NCBI GenBank assembly: GCA_963822965.1 | Contig: CAWGJT010000009.1 | Location: 192,001-256,000, forward strand | DNA from: an uncultured delta proteobacterium | GTDB taxonomy: Bacteria > Myxococcota_A > UBA9160 > UBA4427 | DNA: 64,000 nt | Direction of reading: 5' to 3' | Shown here: piece after piece, positions 38,650 through 48,787 of the stretch | How positions within the stretch are numbered: position 1 is the first letter of the stretch | How the letters are laid out: the number at the start of each line of letters is the position of its first letter | Made by a program: the position numbers and the translations under genes | The notes under the pieces: generated by a model | Seen by the model: only the letters and a program-made list of their open reading frames with translations | Databases searched by the model: none | What the model was told of the DNA's origin: nothing

Positions 38650-39258
38650 TCACTTCCCCATCGAGAAGTCGAGCACCTGCTCGACCGTCTGCTCGACGGC
38701 AACGCCGTTCTCGATCTTCGGATTGTACCGCCACTTGCGAACGGCCTGCAGGACCGATTGCTCGAAGACGCCCTGGGGATTGGCGGCGGTGACGACCGCG
38801 TTCCCGACGGACCCGGTCTTCGTCACCGTGAAGCGGACGGCCACCCAGCCCTCGATTCCCCGCTGGCGGGCCTGGATCGGGTATTCGGGATCGATGCGCA
38901 CCAGGGGCACCACCTCGCGATCGGCGCCGCCGCCGCCCCCGATGCCCCCGGTCAGGGCCTGGGAGGGGTTCACGTCCGGGGCCATGGTCGCGACGCCCTC
39001 GCCGGGGTCGAGGCTGGCCTTCGACATGCTGATGTCCGGCGGCGGCGGCGGGGCGTCGGGCTTCTCGCGCTTGGGGGGCTCACGCTTCTTCTCCTGGGGC
39101 GTCGTGTCCCGCCGCAGGCGAACGAAGTCGATGCTGATCTTGGGCCCGGCCTCCTTGAGCTCGCCCTGGACGCTCACCAACGCCTGCATCGCCCAGAAGA
39201 GCGCGAAGGTCACCCCGCACGCGATCAGGACGGCGAAGGGGAGACGCAGGGTACCCAT
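38650..39258 (-). CDS. tonB: Energy transducer TonB (short TonB2-type, 202 aa)
   Basis: N-terminal TM helix, Pro-rich linker, PEYPIQARQRGIEGWVAVRFTV...AVRKWRYNP. Confidence 0.92.
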   Translation of the reverse strand: MGTLRLPFAVLIACGVTFALFWAMQALVSVQGELKEAGPKISIDFVRLRRDTTPQEKKREPPKREKPDAPPPPPDISMSKASLDPGEGVATMAPDVNPSQALTGGIGGGGGADREVVPLVRIDPEYPIQARQRGIEGWVAVRFTVTKTGSVGNAVVTAANPQGVFEQSVLQAVRKWRYNPKIENGVAVEQTVEQVLDFSMGK

Positions 39259-39261
39259 GGG

Positions 39262-39792
39262 TCAATCGTGGGCGATCTCGAGCTGGTCGGCGACACGCTG
39301 CGTCTCGTCGCGCGAGAAGCGATCGAGCTGGATGCTGAAGAGCATCCCGGAGAGCGCGGCGACCATGCCCGCCATGGTGGGAAGCGTGGCCTTCGAGACG
39401 CCGGCCGCCATGCCCCGCGCGTTGCCGCTTCCCGTCAGCGCCATCACGTCGAACACCTCGATCATGCCCGTGACCGTTCCCAGCAGCCCGAACATCGGAC
39501 AGACCGCGACGATCGTCCGGATCATCAGGAGGCCGCGGTTGAGCTCGAGCTCGACCTCGGAGACCAGCAGCCGGCGGATCATATGCGCGTGCCACGAGCG
39601 GTGGTCGGCCCGCGCCTTCCAGATGGCGATCACCCGCTCCGCCTGCCGCCGGTGACCGCCGAGCTTGAAGTAGAAGTAGCGCTCCAGGATGAGCGTCCAC
39701 ATGATGCCGGTGACGAACGCGATGACGAGCAGCACGTCCCCACCCGTCTCGACGAAGTCGCGAACGGCCTGGACGGCACTAGAGTCCATCAT
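39262..39792 (-). CDS. exbB: MotA/TolQ/ExbB proton channel (ExbB2-type)
   Basis: PMFGLLGTVTGMIEVF, MAAGVSKATLPTMAGMVAA. Confidence 0.9.
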   Translation of the reverse strand: MMDSSAVQAVRDFVETGGDVLLVIAFVTGIMWTLILERYFYFKLGGHRRQAERVIAIWKARADHRSWHAHMIRRLLVSEVELELNRGLLMIRTIVAVCPMFGLLGTVTGMIEVFDVMALTGSGNARGMAAGVSKATLPTMAGMVAALSGMLFSIQLDRFSRDETQRVADQLEIAHD

Positions 39793-41251
39793 GAACGCTC
39801 TCCGACCGTAGCGCGATGAGCCCCGCGCTCTGGGCGTCCAGCGTGTCGGTGATCCGGCGCGTGCTGTTCGCGAGGGTCGCGTGCAGCAGCACGAGCGGGA
39901 TGGCGGCGATGAGGCCGAGCATGGTGGTCACCAGGGCCTCGGAGATGCCGCTGGCCATCATCTTCGGATCGCCGGCGCCGAACAGCGTGATGGCCTGGAA
40001 GGTCTGGATCATGCCGGTGACCGTCCCCAGGAGGCCCAGCAGCGGCGCCACCACCGACACCACCTTCACGATCCAGATGAAACGCTCGAGACGCGACGTC
40101 TCCCGCAGCACCACTTCGTCGAGCTTCAGCTCGAGGGTCTCCGGGTCCACGCTGCGGTTCCGGTCGTACACCGCCAGCACGCGGCCCAGGGGATTACCGG
40201 GATCCGCTCGGTCGCTCTTGCGCTGCGCGGCCACCTTGCGGGCCGTGATGGAGATCGCGATCCAGCGGAGGACGCCGAGGAAGAGGGCGAACACGCCGAG
40301 AACGATGATCACGTATCCCACGTAGCCGCCCTGCTGGATGCGCTCGGTGCTGCTGGGGGTCTCGATGAGCGCCGCCAGCAGAGCGCCCCGGGAGGGATCG
40401 AGCGCCAGGGGCGCGTAGCCGCTGGTGGCCTCCTCGAAGGGCTCGACGGTGTCCAGGTGGCGTCCCGGCGGCTGGCGGGTGAGCTCGCGCAGCTGCTGGT
40501 CCCGGGACTCCCAGGCGAGGTATTTGCCGTCCGAGAGGACGCTGAACACGCCGACGCGGATGACCTCGTGCTCCTCCTGCTGCCCGTTCTCCATCAGCAC
40601 CTTGGCCGGGTAGCGGACGACCTTGCCCTGCTCGGTCATCTCCCGCTGCAGCTCGTACCACAGGCGCTCCAGGTCTTCCGTGGAGGGAAGGTCCTTGCTG
40701 CGGCCCAGTCGATCGAGCAGCTCCTTGCGGGATCCGAGCTGCGAGCTGGTCACCGACTCCCACACCTGTCCGCTGAGGTCGTTGGCCACCTGGCGCACCA
40801 CGCCGAAGAGCTCCCCCATCTGGCCGAGCTGCTCGGTGAGCCGGGCCTGGAGCTTCCCGATGAGGGCCTCGTTCTCGTTGTAGCTGGTCTCGAGCCGCTC
40901 GCTCAGGGCGGTGGCGCGCTCGCGCTTCTCCAGGGCCTCCGCGAGGAGGCGCTCCTGCTGGTCCTTGGCGCGTTTGAACTCCTCTTCGCGCTGGTGGTTC
41001 TCGACGCGCTCCTCCTGGAAGCCGTGCTTCACGAGCCCCAGCAGCTCGTCCAGCGACTTGGGCTTCGGTCGATCGGGCAGGTCCAGCGGGAGGTCCGCCT
41101 CCGCCTGGTCCGCGGACCGACTCGCTTCGGGGTCGGCGGCTTCGGCGGACTGGGCGAAGGCCGGCCCTGCGGCCGCCAGGCACAGAGCCCCGATCCACCC
41201 GATACAAAGGAGGAGGTACACACGAGCCGACCCCGCAGCCTCTCGCCGCAT
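39779..41251 (-). CDS. TtpC-like protein: periplasmic coiled coil plus C-terminal ExbB domain
   Basis: MRREAAG start (TGATG overlap); GELFGVVRQ; DPSRG; APLLGLLGTVTGMIQTFQAITLFGAGDPKMMASGISEALVTTMLGL. Confidence 0.9.
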   Translation of the reverse strand: MRREAAGSARVYLLLCIGWIGALCLAAAGPAFAQSAEAADPEASRSADQAEADLPLDLPDRPKPKSLDELLGLVKHGFQEERVENHQREEEFKRAKDQQERLLAEALEKRERATALSERLETSYNENEALIGKLQARLTEQLGQMGELFGVVRQVANDLSGQVWESVTSSQLGSRKELLDRLGRSKDLPSTEDLERLWYELQREMTEQGKVVRYPAKVLMENGQQEEHEVIRVGVFSVLSDGKYLAWESRDQQLRELTRQPPGRHLDTVEPFEEATSGYAPLALDPSRGALLAALIETPSSTERIQQGGYVGYVIIVLGVFALFLGVLRWIAISITARKVAAQRKSDRADPGNPLGRVLAVYDRNRSVDPETLELKLDEVVLRETSRLERFIWIVKVVSVVAPLLGLLGTVTGMIQTFQAITLFGAGDPKMMASGISEALVTTMLGLIAAIPLVLLHATLANSTRRITDTLDAQSAGLIALRSESVHDGL

Positions 41252-42132
41252 CAGCCCGCCTCCCCTTCGCTCTCGAGGCCTTCGGCGTTCTCGGCCGCGG
41301 GGACCGGCATGCGGATCAGGTCGGGTGCGGACTGCTTGCGCGCCACACGCAGGCCCTGTCGGATGGACGAGCGATAGCTGTCGTCCAGGGTCTTCCAGGA
41401 TCGCGACTCCTGGTCCCATACGCCGGACTCGCTCTCGTCCAGGGTCTGGTACACGAGCGCCACCCGACCGAAGCGCAGGAAGTCGACGGTCATCTCCTTG
41501 CCGTCGCGGTTGATCGTCGATCGGTAGGCCTCGATGGTGCGACCGAACTCGTTCTCGACCTGGTAGGCCTCCATGATGGCCCGGTACTTCTCGGCGTTGC
41601 TCACGTCGGCGCGCGCCATCAGCTTCCGCAGCCCGGCGATCCGCTCCGTGCGCTCCTCGAGCAGGAACGGAATGTCGAGCTGCACGAACGCTTCGATGGC
41701 GTCGATCATGCGCAGCATCATGGGCATGACGCTGCGGCCGACGGTGTCGACGCGGCTGAGCTGGTCTTCGAGGGAGGAGATCTCCTTCTCCTGGGAGTCG
41801 ATCAGGCTCTGCATCTGCCGGTTGTAGACGCCCATCGCGTCGATCTCGCGGAGTGCCGTGCTGTAGCGGGCGAAGAGGGCGTCGGTCTCGTCGCTGTACC
41901 CGTCGATGCGCTTCTGCGAGGCTACGCCCTCGTCGTTGGCCTTGCGCCGAACTTCGCGCGCTTGCTCGAGCTTCTGCTTGGCGGCCTCGTCCGCGGCGCG
42001 CTCCGCGGCCGGGTCGGACTGCGCGGGCGCGAGGCCCGCCGTCGCGAAGACGATCGCGCACAGCGGAAGGCCGATCGCCAGCAGCCGCGTCGCGAAGGCG
42101 ACGTGCCGGCGCCGCCGGGGGGTCCGTAGCAT
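41251..42132 (-). CDS. DUF3450 family (TtpB-like) periplasmic protein
   Basis: LDIPFLLEERTERI, EAYQVENEFGRTIEAY, VDFLRFGRVALVYQTLD. Confidence 0.9.
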   Translation of the reverse strand: MLRTPRRRRHVAFATRLLAIGLPLCAIVFATAGLAPAQSDPAAERAADEAAKQKLEQAREVRRKANDEGVASQKRIDGYSDETDALFARYSTALREIDAMGVYNRQMQSLIDSQEKEISSLEDQLSRVDTVGRSVMPMMLRMIDAIEAFVQLDIPFLLEERTERIAGLRKLMARADVSNAEKYRAIMEAYQVENEFGRTIEAYRSTINRDGKEMTVDFLRFGRVALVYQTLDESESGVWDQESRSWKTLDDSYRSSIRQGLRVARKQSAPDLIRMPVPAAENAEGLESEGEAG

Positions 42133-42261
42133 GGTTGGTTCCTCTGGGCTGTCGGACTGCGGGGGATGCAGCTTAGACGGGCCGGCGATCCAACGTCAAG
42201 GAGCCGACACGGGCAACGATTCGGGTGGGATGCCCGCGTCGCCGGGGGACGAGAACGCGAT

Positions 42262-42834
42262 TTAGGCCGTTTCGGCTGCTCGGAACGCAGGGCTTCGACG
42301 TCGCGCTCGGAGGAGATGGGGAAGGCAGGACGCTCGGGCGCCGGAGCGGGAACGCTCCACCAGTCGGGAACGTCTCAAGCGGCGACCGCGATGCTCGACG
42401 GACATGGAGCCCCGATGGAGCTCGAGAGGCCTGCAGAATGGAGGAACCGTAGAAAGGAAGGAGGAGGAAGGAAGGAAGGAGCGAACGAGGCGGACCCGAC
42501 TACTGCGCGCGCATCCCACTACATCCCGCGCTTGCGGGGAGGCGTCCTCGCGTGCCAGCACCACGCAGTCGAGCCCGGAATCGGGGATCGCGATGCACTG
42601 CGTCGCCGGTGGGCGGGCCAGGCTATCGGCGAGCAGCTGGTCGATGCTCGCTTGGATCGCGTCGCCCAGGAGATCGATCCGCTGGACGACCCGATGCTCG
42701 AGCTCCTGGCGCTCGCGCTCGGCGTCGGGCGAGGCTGCGGGAACGTCCGCATCGGCGGCCCGGGCAGACGCCGGCGCAGCAATATGAAGAAGGACGCCGA
42801 GGAGCACGGCGGCCGGCGCCGATCGGATCCGCAT
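42262..42834 (-). CDS. Hypothetical small secreted protein (3' end uncertain)
   Basis: MRIRSAPAAVLLGVLLHIAAPASARA signal-like leader, helical segment and Cys pair. The distal third runs over a low-complexity tract. Confidence 0.4.
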   Translation of the reverse strand: MRIRSAPAAVLLGVLLHIAAPASARAADADVPAASPDAERERQELEHRVVQRIDLLGDAIQASIDQLLADSLARPPATQCIAIPDSGLDCVVLAREDASPQARDVVGCARSSRVRLVRSFLPSSSFLSTVPPFCRPLELHRGSMSVEHRGRRLRRSRLVERSRSGARASCLPHLLRARRRSPAFRAAETA

Positions 42835-43088
42835 CTGGGGGGAACCTCCGACCCACCCATCGGCGAAGCCCCGAGGTTCTTGAGGGCTACCGGCACTCCT
42901 CACGAGCTCGGCGTTGGACAGCCGGGAGGACACGCAGCCGACCCGCAGACGAGGGGCAGCTCGGGTGCGCGCCGGCACGCGTTCACGGCGCCAGGCGGCC
43001 GCTCCGGGTCGATCCGCCGGTGCATTCGGCGGGAGTCTCGGGGAGGCTCCTAGCGAAGGGCGATCGGGTGAACTTAGAATCGCGCACC

Positions 43089-44325
43089 ATGCAGAGAAAT
43101 GGCACTGGCGTTGGCAGGGCTGCTCCTGGCCGCGATCGGCTTCGGGGCGGGTCATCAGTTCGCGTTGCGAACGAATCCGATGGCGGCAGTCGAGCTGCCG
43201 GAGTCGCCGCCGCCCTCCCGCGCTCGCGGGAGTCTCGCCGGTCGTCGACGCCCTCATCGTCGTCGACCCCTTCCAGCGCGTCGAGAGGCTGGCCGCGCTG
43301 CTGCAGAAGCTCGGTCCCGCCGACGTGCCCGAGGTCGTCGAGGCCCTGGAGACGAACGGCGTCGATGCGGACGCGGTCGAGGTCACCATGCTCGTCCGCT
43401 TCTGGGCCGCGATACGAGCCCGCGGCCGCGACGGAGTGGGCCTTCAGCAAGCCGGCCCTCAGCCTGCGACCCCTGGCGATCATGGCCGCCGTCGAGGAGT
43501 GGGCCTCCCAGGATCCCCAGGCGGCCCTCGAAGGCATCCGCACGATCACGGGCGGAGCCCGGGGCACCAACGTCGACCTGGCCGAGGTCGGGCTGATGCG
43601 CGGGTGGTTCGACTCGGGCCACTTCGCGGGGGTCGAGGACTTTCTCCTGGAGCTGGGCCCGAGCTTCGAGCAGCAGCGCTGCATCGCCGCCTTCGCCCGG
43701 CAGATGATCAAGCGCGCAGGGGCCGACGCTCGCCGAGGCCTGGGCCGAGGCGATCCCCGACGAGCCCGAGTACTTCAAGCTCGCCGTCTTCCGCCAGGTC
43801 TCCTCGGAGCTCACCCAGGCAGATCCGGCGATCGGCGTGGCATGGTGTGAGAAGCACTGCGACGGCCCCTTCGGCGACACGGTTCGCCAGCTCGTGGCCA
43901 CCCGCTGGGCGGCGCGAGACGGCCAGGCGGCGCTGGAGTGGCTCTCGAAGGCTCCCGAGGGTCGCGATCGGAATCGCGCCGTGATCTCCGCCTTTCGTCG
44001 CTGGTGGCAGAAGGACGTGGGCGAGTCCGCCTCCCGCTGGCTCGAATCGATCGGGATCGAGGGCTTCCAACCGTGGATGGCTCCGGCCGTGGCCGTCTAC
44101 GCGCCTCACCTCGCTCACACCGACCCCCAGAAGGCGCTCGAGTGGGCGCCCTTCGCGGAGGAGGACCGCAAGACGTCGGTCCTGATCGGCATCGCTCGCA
44201 ACTGGCGGCAGCACGACGCGGCGGCCGCGGACGCCTGGATCGATCGGTCGCCCCTCAACGAGGAGCAGCGCGCAAAGGCCCGGGGCGAGACGAGGAAGCG
44301 CAGCGGAAAGGCTTCGGCGCCCTGA
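43089..44325 (+). CDS. Third, diverged D-P-x-A-A-x-x-W helical-repeat protein, frameshifted
   Basis: Pieces DPFQRVERLAALLQKLGP, WASQDPQAAL, FKLAVFRQVSSEL..DP, DGQAALEWLSKAPEGRDR align with 8466-9698. About 4 indels. Confidence 0.8.
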
Positions 44326-44350
44326 GCGCCACGGGACCCCCGTCCCGCAC

Positions 44351-44686
44351 TCACCAGACCACCCGGTCTCCTACCGCATAGATCCTGCAGGGGGCCTGCA
44401 TCCGGCGCTCCAGCCGGTGTGCCGCGCACTCCTCGAGCGCGGCGGCCTGCGCGGCGTCGTCGGATGGCTGTGCCGCGGAGGCTCCCGCGACCCACGCCCG
44501 GTCGGGATCCCCAGCGACCGCCAGGGCACGGTGCGGAGACAAGGCCTGGTACTTCCGCCAGAGGCTCTCCAGGCCCCGGTGGGGTGGGCGCCCACCCTGC
44601 ATGGCGCAGGCCGCGACGGCCAGCAGCACGACGAGCAGGGCGGCAGGAGCTGCGCGGGAGAGAGTCGCCGTCCATGCGCGCCTCAC
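44351..44686 (-). CDS. Small lipoprotein with Cys pair (DUF4189-like)
   Basis: LLAVAAC lipobox; AQAAALEEC...APCRIYAVGDRVVW. Confidence 0.65.
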   Translation of the reverse strand: MRRAWTATLSRAAPAALLVVLLAVAACAMQGGRPPHRGLESLWRKYQALSPHRALAVAGDPDRAWVAGASAAQPSDDAAQAAALEECAAHRLERRMQAPCRIYAVGDRVVW

Positions 44687-44842
44687 TCGAGGCCCTCCCC
44701 CTTGCTGTTCGCTTCCCGGCCCGCCCACACGCTCGCCCCCATCCTCGCCCGGCACACGGGCCGTACGGTACAGGAGAGAGGCGATACGGAGAGAGAGGCG
44801 ATCCGTCGAGGTAGAACCAGGCGGCACGGGGCAGACGGTACA

Positions 44843-44884
44843 GAAAGAAATCCCCGGAGCAGGTTCGCAGACCTGCCCCGGGGA
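44843..44884 (-). terminator. Rho-independent terminator after the fourth IPTL-CTERM-like gene
   Basis: Minus strand TCCCCGGGGCAGGT-CTGCGA-ACCTGCTCCGGGGA (14-bp stem with one G.U) followed by TTTCTTTCT. Confidence 0.85.
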
Positions 44885-44933
44885 CTCTGGACTTCCGACC
44901 CGGATCGCGCCGGGTCGCTGGCTCGACCGCGAG

Positions 44934-46015
44934 CTAGGCGGCGGCCGACCTGCGGATCTTCATGGTCGCAGCACCCGCCAGCAAGAGCGCCAGGGCGGCG
45001 ATGCCCCAGGTGCCGAGCGTGGGAGACTGCTGGCCGACCGTGATGCTCAGCCAACCGCGGTTGGCGTTCGGGGCGGTCAGGGTGCGGTTGCTGATGGAGC
45101 CGGAGACCAGCGAGATCGACCCGAGGCCGTTCACGCGAGAGTCCATCCCGGAGAGCACGAACACCTCGTTGGTGCTGCCCGCGTTCTGGGTGATCGAAAC
45201 GGTCAGCATGCCGGTCGTCCAGGGACCACCCACGCTGGTGGCCGGATTCGGAAGGCCAGGCACGCCGAGGCCCGTCGGGGTGATGTAGGTGATCACACCG
45301 TTGGCGGCCACACGGATCTGGAACACGCCGTTGGACGGCGCCGCGCCGTTCGTCGCCACGACCACGCCGAAGGGCGCGCCCTGGGCACCGGTTCCCGCCG
45401 GCGTCGCGAGAGCGAACACCACCTGGCAGCCGGGGTTCGTCGCGAAGTCGCACGGGGCCGCCGCACCGGCGCGGACCGCCACGTCGGCGAAGCCGCCCGT
45501 CGCAGCACGCGCCGGGCCACCGAACTGGTTCGTCGTCTTCGTGTAGCGCATCAGACCGTTGATGCTGGCGTTACGGACCGCCCGCCGCGCTCGCGCAGCC
45601 CGGGTTGCCCTAGGCCGTCACGACGTCCCCGTCGCAGAAGCTCACGGTGGCAGCGCCGGTCCGGCCACCCGCCGCAAACGTGGCGACCTGATTCGGGAAG
45701 TCGATGACGATGCCGGTATTGACCTGGAACACGTTCGGGTTGGCGAGGAACACGCCGATGTTGAAGGGCGTGCCGGAGTGATGCATCTGGCTGGCCGAAA
45801 TCTGCATCGGCCGGGGATCGGCGCCGGTCAAGGGCTGTCGAACGCCCGCGCCGTCGACGGCCAGAGCCGGGACTGCGATCGGGATCGGAAGACCGTTGCC
45901 GATCTGGTACTGCGCGGTGCCGGTAATCGGGTACCGAGCCATCTGTGCGTTCGCGCTCGTGGCCCACACCGCGAGTGCGAACTGCGAGCACGAACGTGGA
46001 AAACCTCGAAGTCAT
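44934..46015 (-). CDS. Secreted Gly/Thr-rich surface protein with IPTL-CTERM tail, distant fourth paralog (frameshifted)
   Basis: GAGGAGAGG RBS; signal ..SANA/Q; shared motifs FQV.T, C..NPGC, MRYT..NQFGG, GPWTTG, SG.D.R.NG.G.I.LV.G; tail QSPTLGTWGIAALALLLAGAATMKIRR. Confidence 0.8.
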
Positions 46016-46134
46016 GACCTCTCCTCTTCCTCTGAATTCTTGTCTGACGCTTCATCTGCTGATGATCAGGTTCCCGCCCGGGCCCGAAGCGAGACGCCTG
46101 AAGCTGTGCGAACTGCGATCCGGTCTGACAGAAC

Positions 46135-46150
46135 TGCAAATTCCGGGCCT
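46135..46150 (-). promoter_or_regulatory. Sigma-54 (-24/-12) promoter for the fourth IPTL-CTERM-like gene
   Basis: Minus strand AGGCCCGGAATTTGCA = GG-N10-GC with TTGCA. Confidence 0.6.
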
Positions 46151-46214
46151 GTCACCGCCAGCTGAAAATGCCTTTGGTTTCCGGGGCTCACGGACAATTT
46201 CCCGTGGGGATCTA

Positions 46215-46249
46215 GGAAGCTGAGTTCCGCTTGAGGGAAAAACGATTCC
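46215..46249. promoter_or_regulatory. Tandem GGAA-N6-TTCC palindromes (candidate enhancer/UAS)
   Basis: GGAA-GCTGAG-TTCC (46215-46228) and GGAA-AAACGA-TTCC (46236-46249), 21-bp pitch. Confidence 0.6.
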
Positions 46250-46264
46250 CTGTCTGAACCAGGA

Positions 46265-48605
46265 TCATCCACCCCGCGGGCTGTCCGTTCCCGCATCCCG
46301 GCCGCTCTCTTCCCCCTCTGCGGCGGCCGCAGGCTCAGCCCGCAGCCGAGCCAGCAGCGCGCGGGCCGGCTCGCCGCCCCCGAAGCGCACCCCCTGCTCG
46401 GCCAGCAGCAGCACCTGATCGTCGTCCGACCCGGACCCCGAATCGAGCAGCAGCTGGGCGAGCTGGGCGGCGACCGCCCCCTCGTCTGGACGGTCGGCGA
46501 GCAACGCCCGGAGCTGGTCGGCGGCTTCCGACGACCGCCCGAGAGCCACCAGGGCTCGGGCGGCTCCGCGGCGGGCGTCGACGTCGCTCGGGTCGATCGC
46601 GGTCGCGCGCTCGAAGAGGGCAAGAGCGGTCTTGGGATCCTCGCGGAGCCACCAGTCGCCCCAGACCCGCCACGGCGCGCTCGTTCTGGGCGTCGAGCTG
46701 CAGCGCGCTCTCGTAGGCCGAGCGCGCTTCGTCGCTCCGCCCGTCCTGCTCGAGCACGAAGCCCTGGATCTCGTGGAACGCAGAGGCATCGGGGTGCGCC
46801 TTCAGGCCGGCCGCGAGATCGGCCCGCGCCGCGGCATCCAGGGCCTCGCCGCCCGGGGCTCCACGCTCGCGCGCCTCCCGGGACAGGACCAGCAGCTCGC
46901 GGAGCGCGTCGGCCTGCTCCGGATTCGCGAGATCGAGTCCCGGCTGCTCGCGCAGCACGCGAACGGCCGCCGCCGGCCCCAGCCGCTCGCGTACCCCCTT
47001 CGCGAAGCTGGCCAGCGCGGCGCCGTAGAACACGGGGGCTCCGGCGTGGAATCGCTGGAGCTCGTTGCGCGCGGCGTCGCCCTGCTCGAGACGGCCCCAC
47101 AGCCGCATGGAGAGGAGCTCACCCTCCAGGTTCAGCGGCGCGTTCTGCGACTGGATGCGAAGCATGACGACTGCGTCGGCGGGCCTGCCCTGGGCGACCT
47201 GAAGGCGCGCAAGCCGAACGCGGGCATCCGTGGCGCCCGCGTTGATCCGGATCGAGTAGCGATAGGCGTCGATCGCCCGATCGAAGTCCCCGATCGCTTC
47301 GGCGGCGCGGGCCGCGTAGTAGCGGGCCCAGGGATTGTCGGGCCAGAGCCGCAGCGCCTCGTCGAAGTGCTCGAGGGCTTCGGCGGGGTGGCCGCGCTCC
47401 TGGGCCACCCGGGCGCGGATCACCTCCTTGTGAGCGTCCACCGTCATGTCGTCCGCGACGGCCAGGGACTCGTCGAAGCGACCCGCGAGCAGCAGGGCGT
47501 CCGCGTACTCGAGCAGCATCTGGGGCTGCACACTGCCGGCGGCCTTGGCCTTCTCGATGCAGCGCCCGAGCGCGTCGGCGGCCTCTTCCTCCTTGCCGAG
47601 CTCCTGGTAGTGCTTCGCGAGGTCGAACCAGGCCGCGGCGGCGACGGCGGGCTCGGAGCTGCCCGTCGGCTCGAGGAGGATCTTCTCGGCCTCGGTGACG
47701 TTTCCCATGGCGCGGAGCCGCTGAGCCAGACGCACCCGGTAGTCCCGGGAGGCCGGCGCCGTATCGACGGCGGCCCGCAGGATGTCGAGCGAGCGAGCGT
47801 ACTCGCCGTGCTTGTCGTAGAACTCGATCGCCGATCCGACCACGTTCGGGTGATCCGGAAAGCGCTCGAGACAGTCCTCCCAGCGGGTGCGGGCGGTCTC
47901 CTCCTCGTCGCTCTCGTCCGCGAAGATCGCCCGGGTCGAGCAGTGCCACGCCTGCACACTGGGGTCGAGCTGGTTCTCCTCGATGAGCTTCCCGAGCTCG
48001 TCGATCGCCTGGCCCGCCTCCTCGTACCGCTCGAGCGCGAGCAGGGCCAGGATCTTGGGCTCCATCACGTCGGCATTCGTGGGATCGAGCTCCTGGATGC
48101 GGGCGGCGTCCGCAAGCGCCTCCTCGGGGTGCAGGCGCGAGTGGGCGTAGGCGTTGGCGCGCATCAGCAGCAGGTCGAGGTCGTCGGGATTGCTCTCGAG
48201 CAGCTCGGTCAGGCTGGCGATGGCGGCCGGGTAGTTGCCGGTCGACAGCTCGCCGTAGGCGAGCTGTCGACCGGCGGCCTGGCGCCATTCCGGGTCGTCC
48301 ATCGCCTTGCGCAGGGACCACTCGGCCAGACTGGTCTGGCCGGTCATCGCGAGCCCGCGCCCGTACAGATAGTTGACCTCGGGGTCGTTCCGGTCCTTCG
48401 CGAGCAACGCCCGCAGGGGCTCGAGAGAGCCCGCGAAGTCGCCCTTGGCCTGCTGGTCGCGAACCGCCTGCAACGGGTCGGACGGGGAGCAGCCACAGAG
48501 CGCCACGGCGGCGAGGCACACCAGCACGAGCGCCGGACCGCCGGCACGCAGGCCGCGCGATGGTCGTCGGTTCGGAACGTCGGGGAAGTCGGACGCGGTA
48601 CGCAT
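46265..48605 (-). CDS. Long TPR-repeat lipoprotein (cluster B); frameshift near 46650
   Basis: Lipobox LCGC-SPSDP; collinear with 27349-29610 (WSLRKAMDDP, LWPDNPWARYYAARAAE). The C-terminus lies in ORF 46265-46789. Confidence 0.88.
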
Positions 48606-48787
48606 CGGCGCAGTATAGACCCGCTCTCCGCCGTCCGGACAGAGCCCGCCTCGGCGCCCCGGGCGAACGGAGAGCTGCCGACGGGTTGCGCCTTCACGCG
48701 TCCGGGATGCGGGGGCCGGCGAACCTCCTGGACGCGTTTGCGGCGCGAGCAGACCCATCTCGGGTCGGCCTGCTAGCTTGCCGCCCC

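Noticed and set aside
44773..44802. Short direct repeat GAGAGAGGCGAT x2
   Set aside because: Only two low-complexity copies and no other occurrence noticed; too weak to call.
27355..48776. Very long antisense ORFs (27355-29628, 31378-33474, 37273-39819, 46632-48776)
   Set aside because: Mirror frames of well-supported genes on the other strand, explained by GC3 bias.
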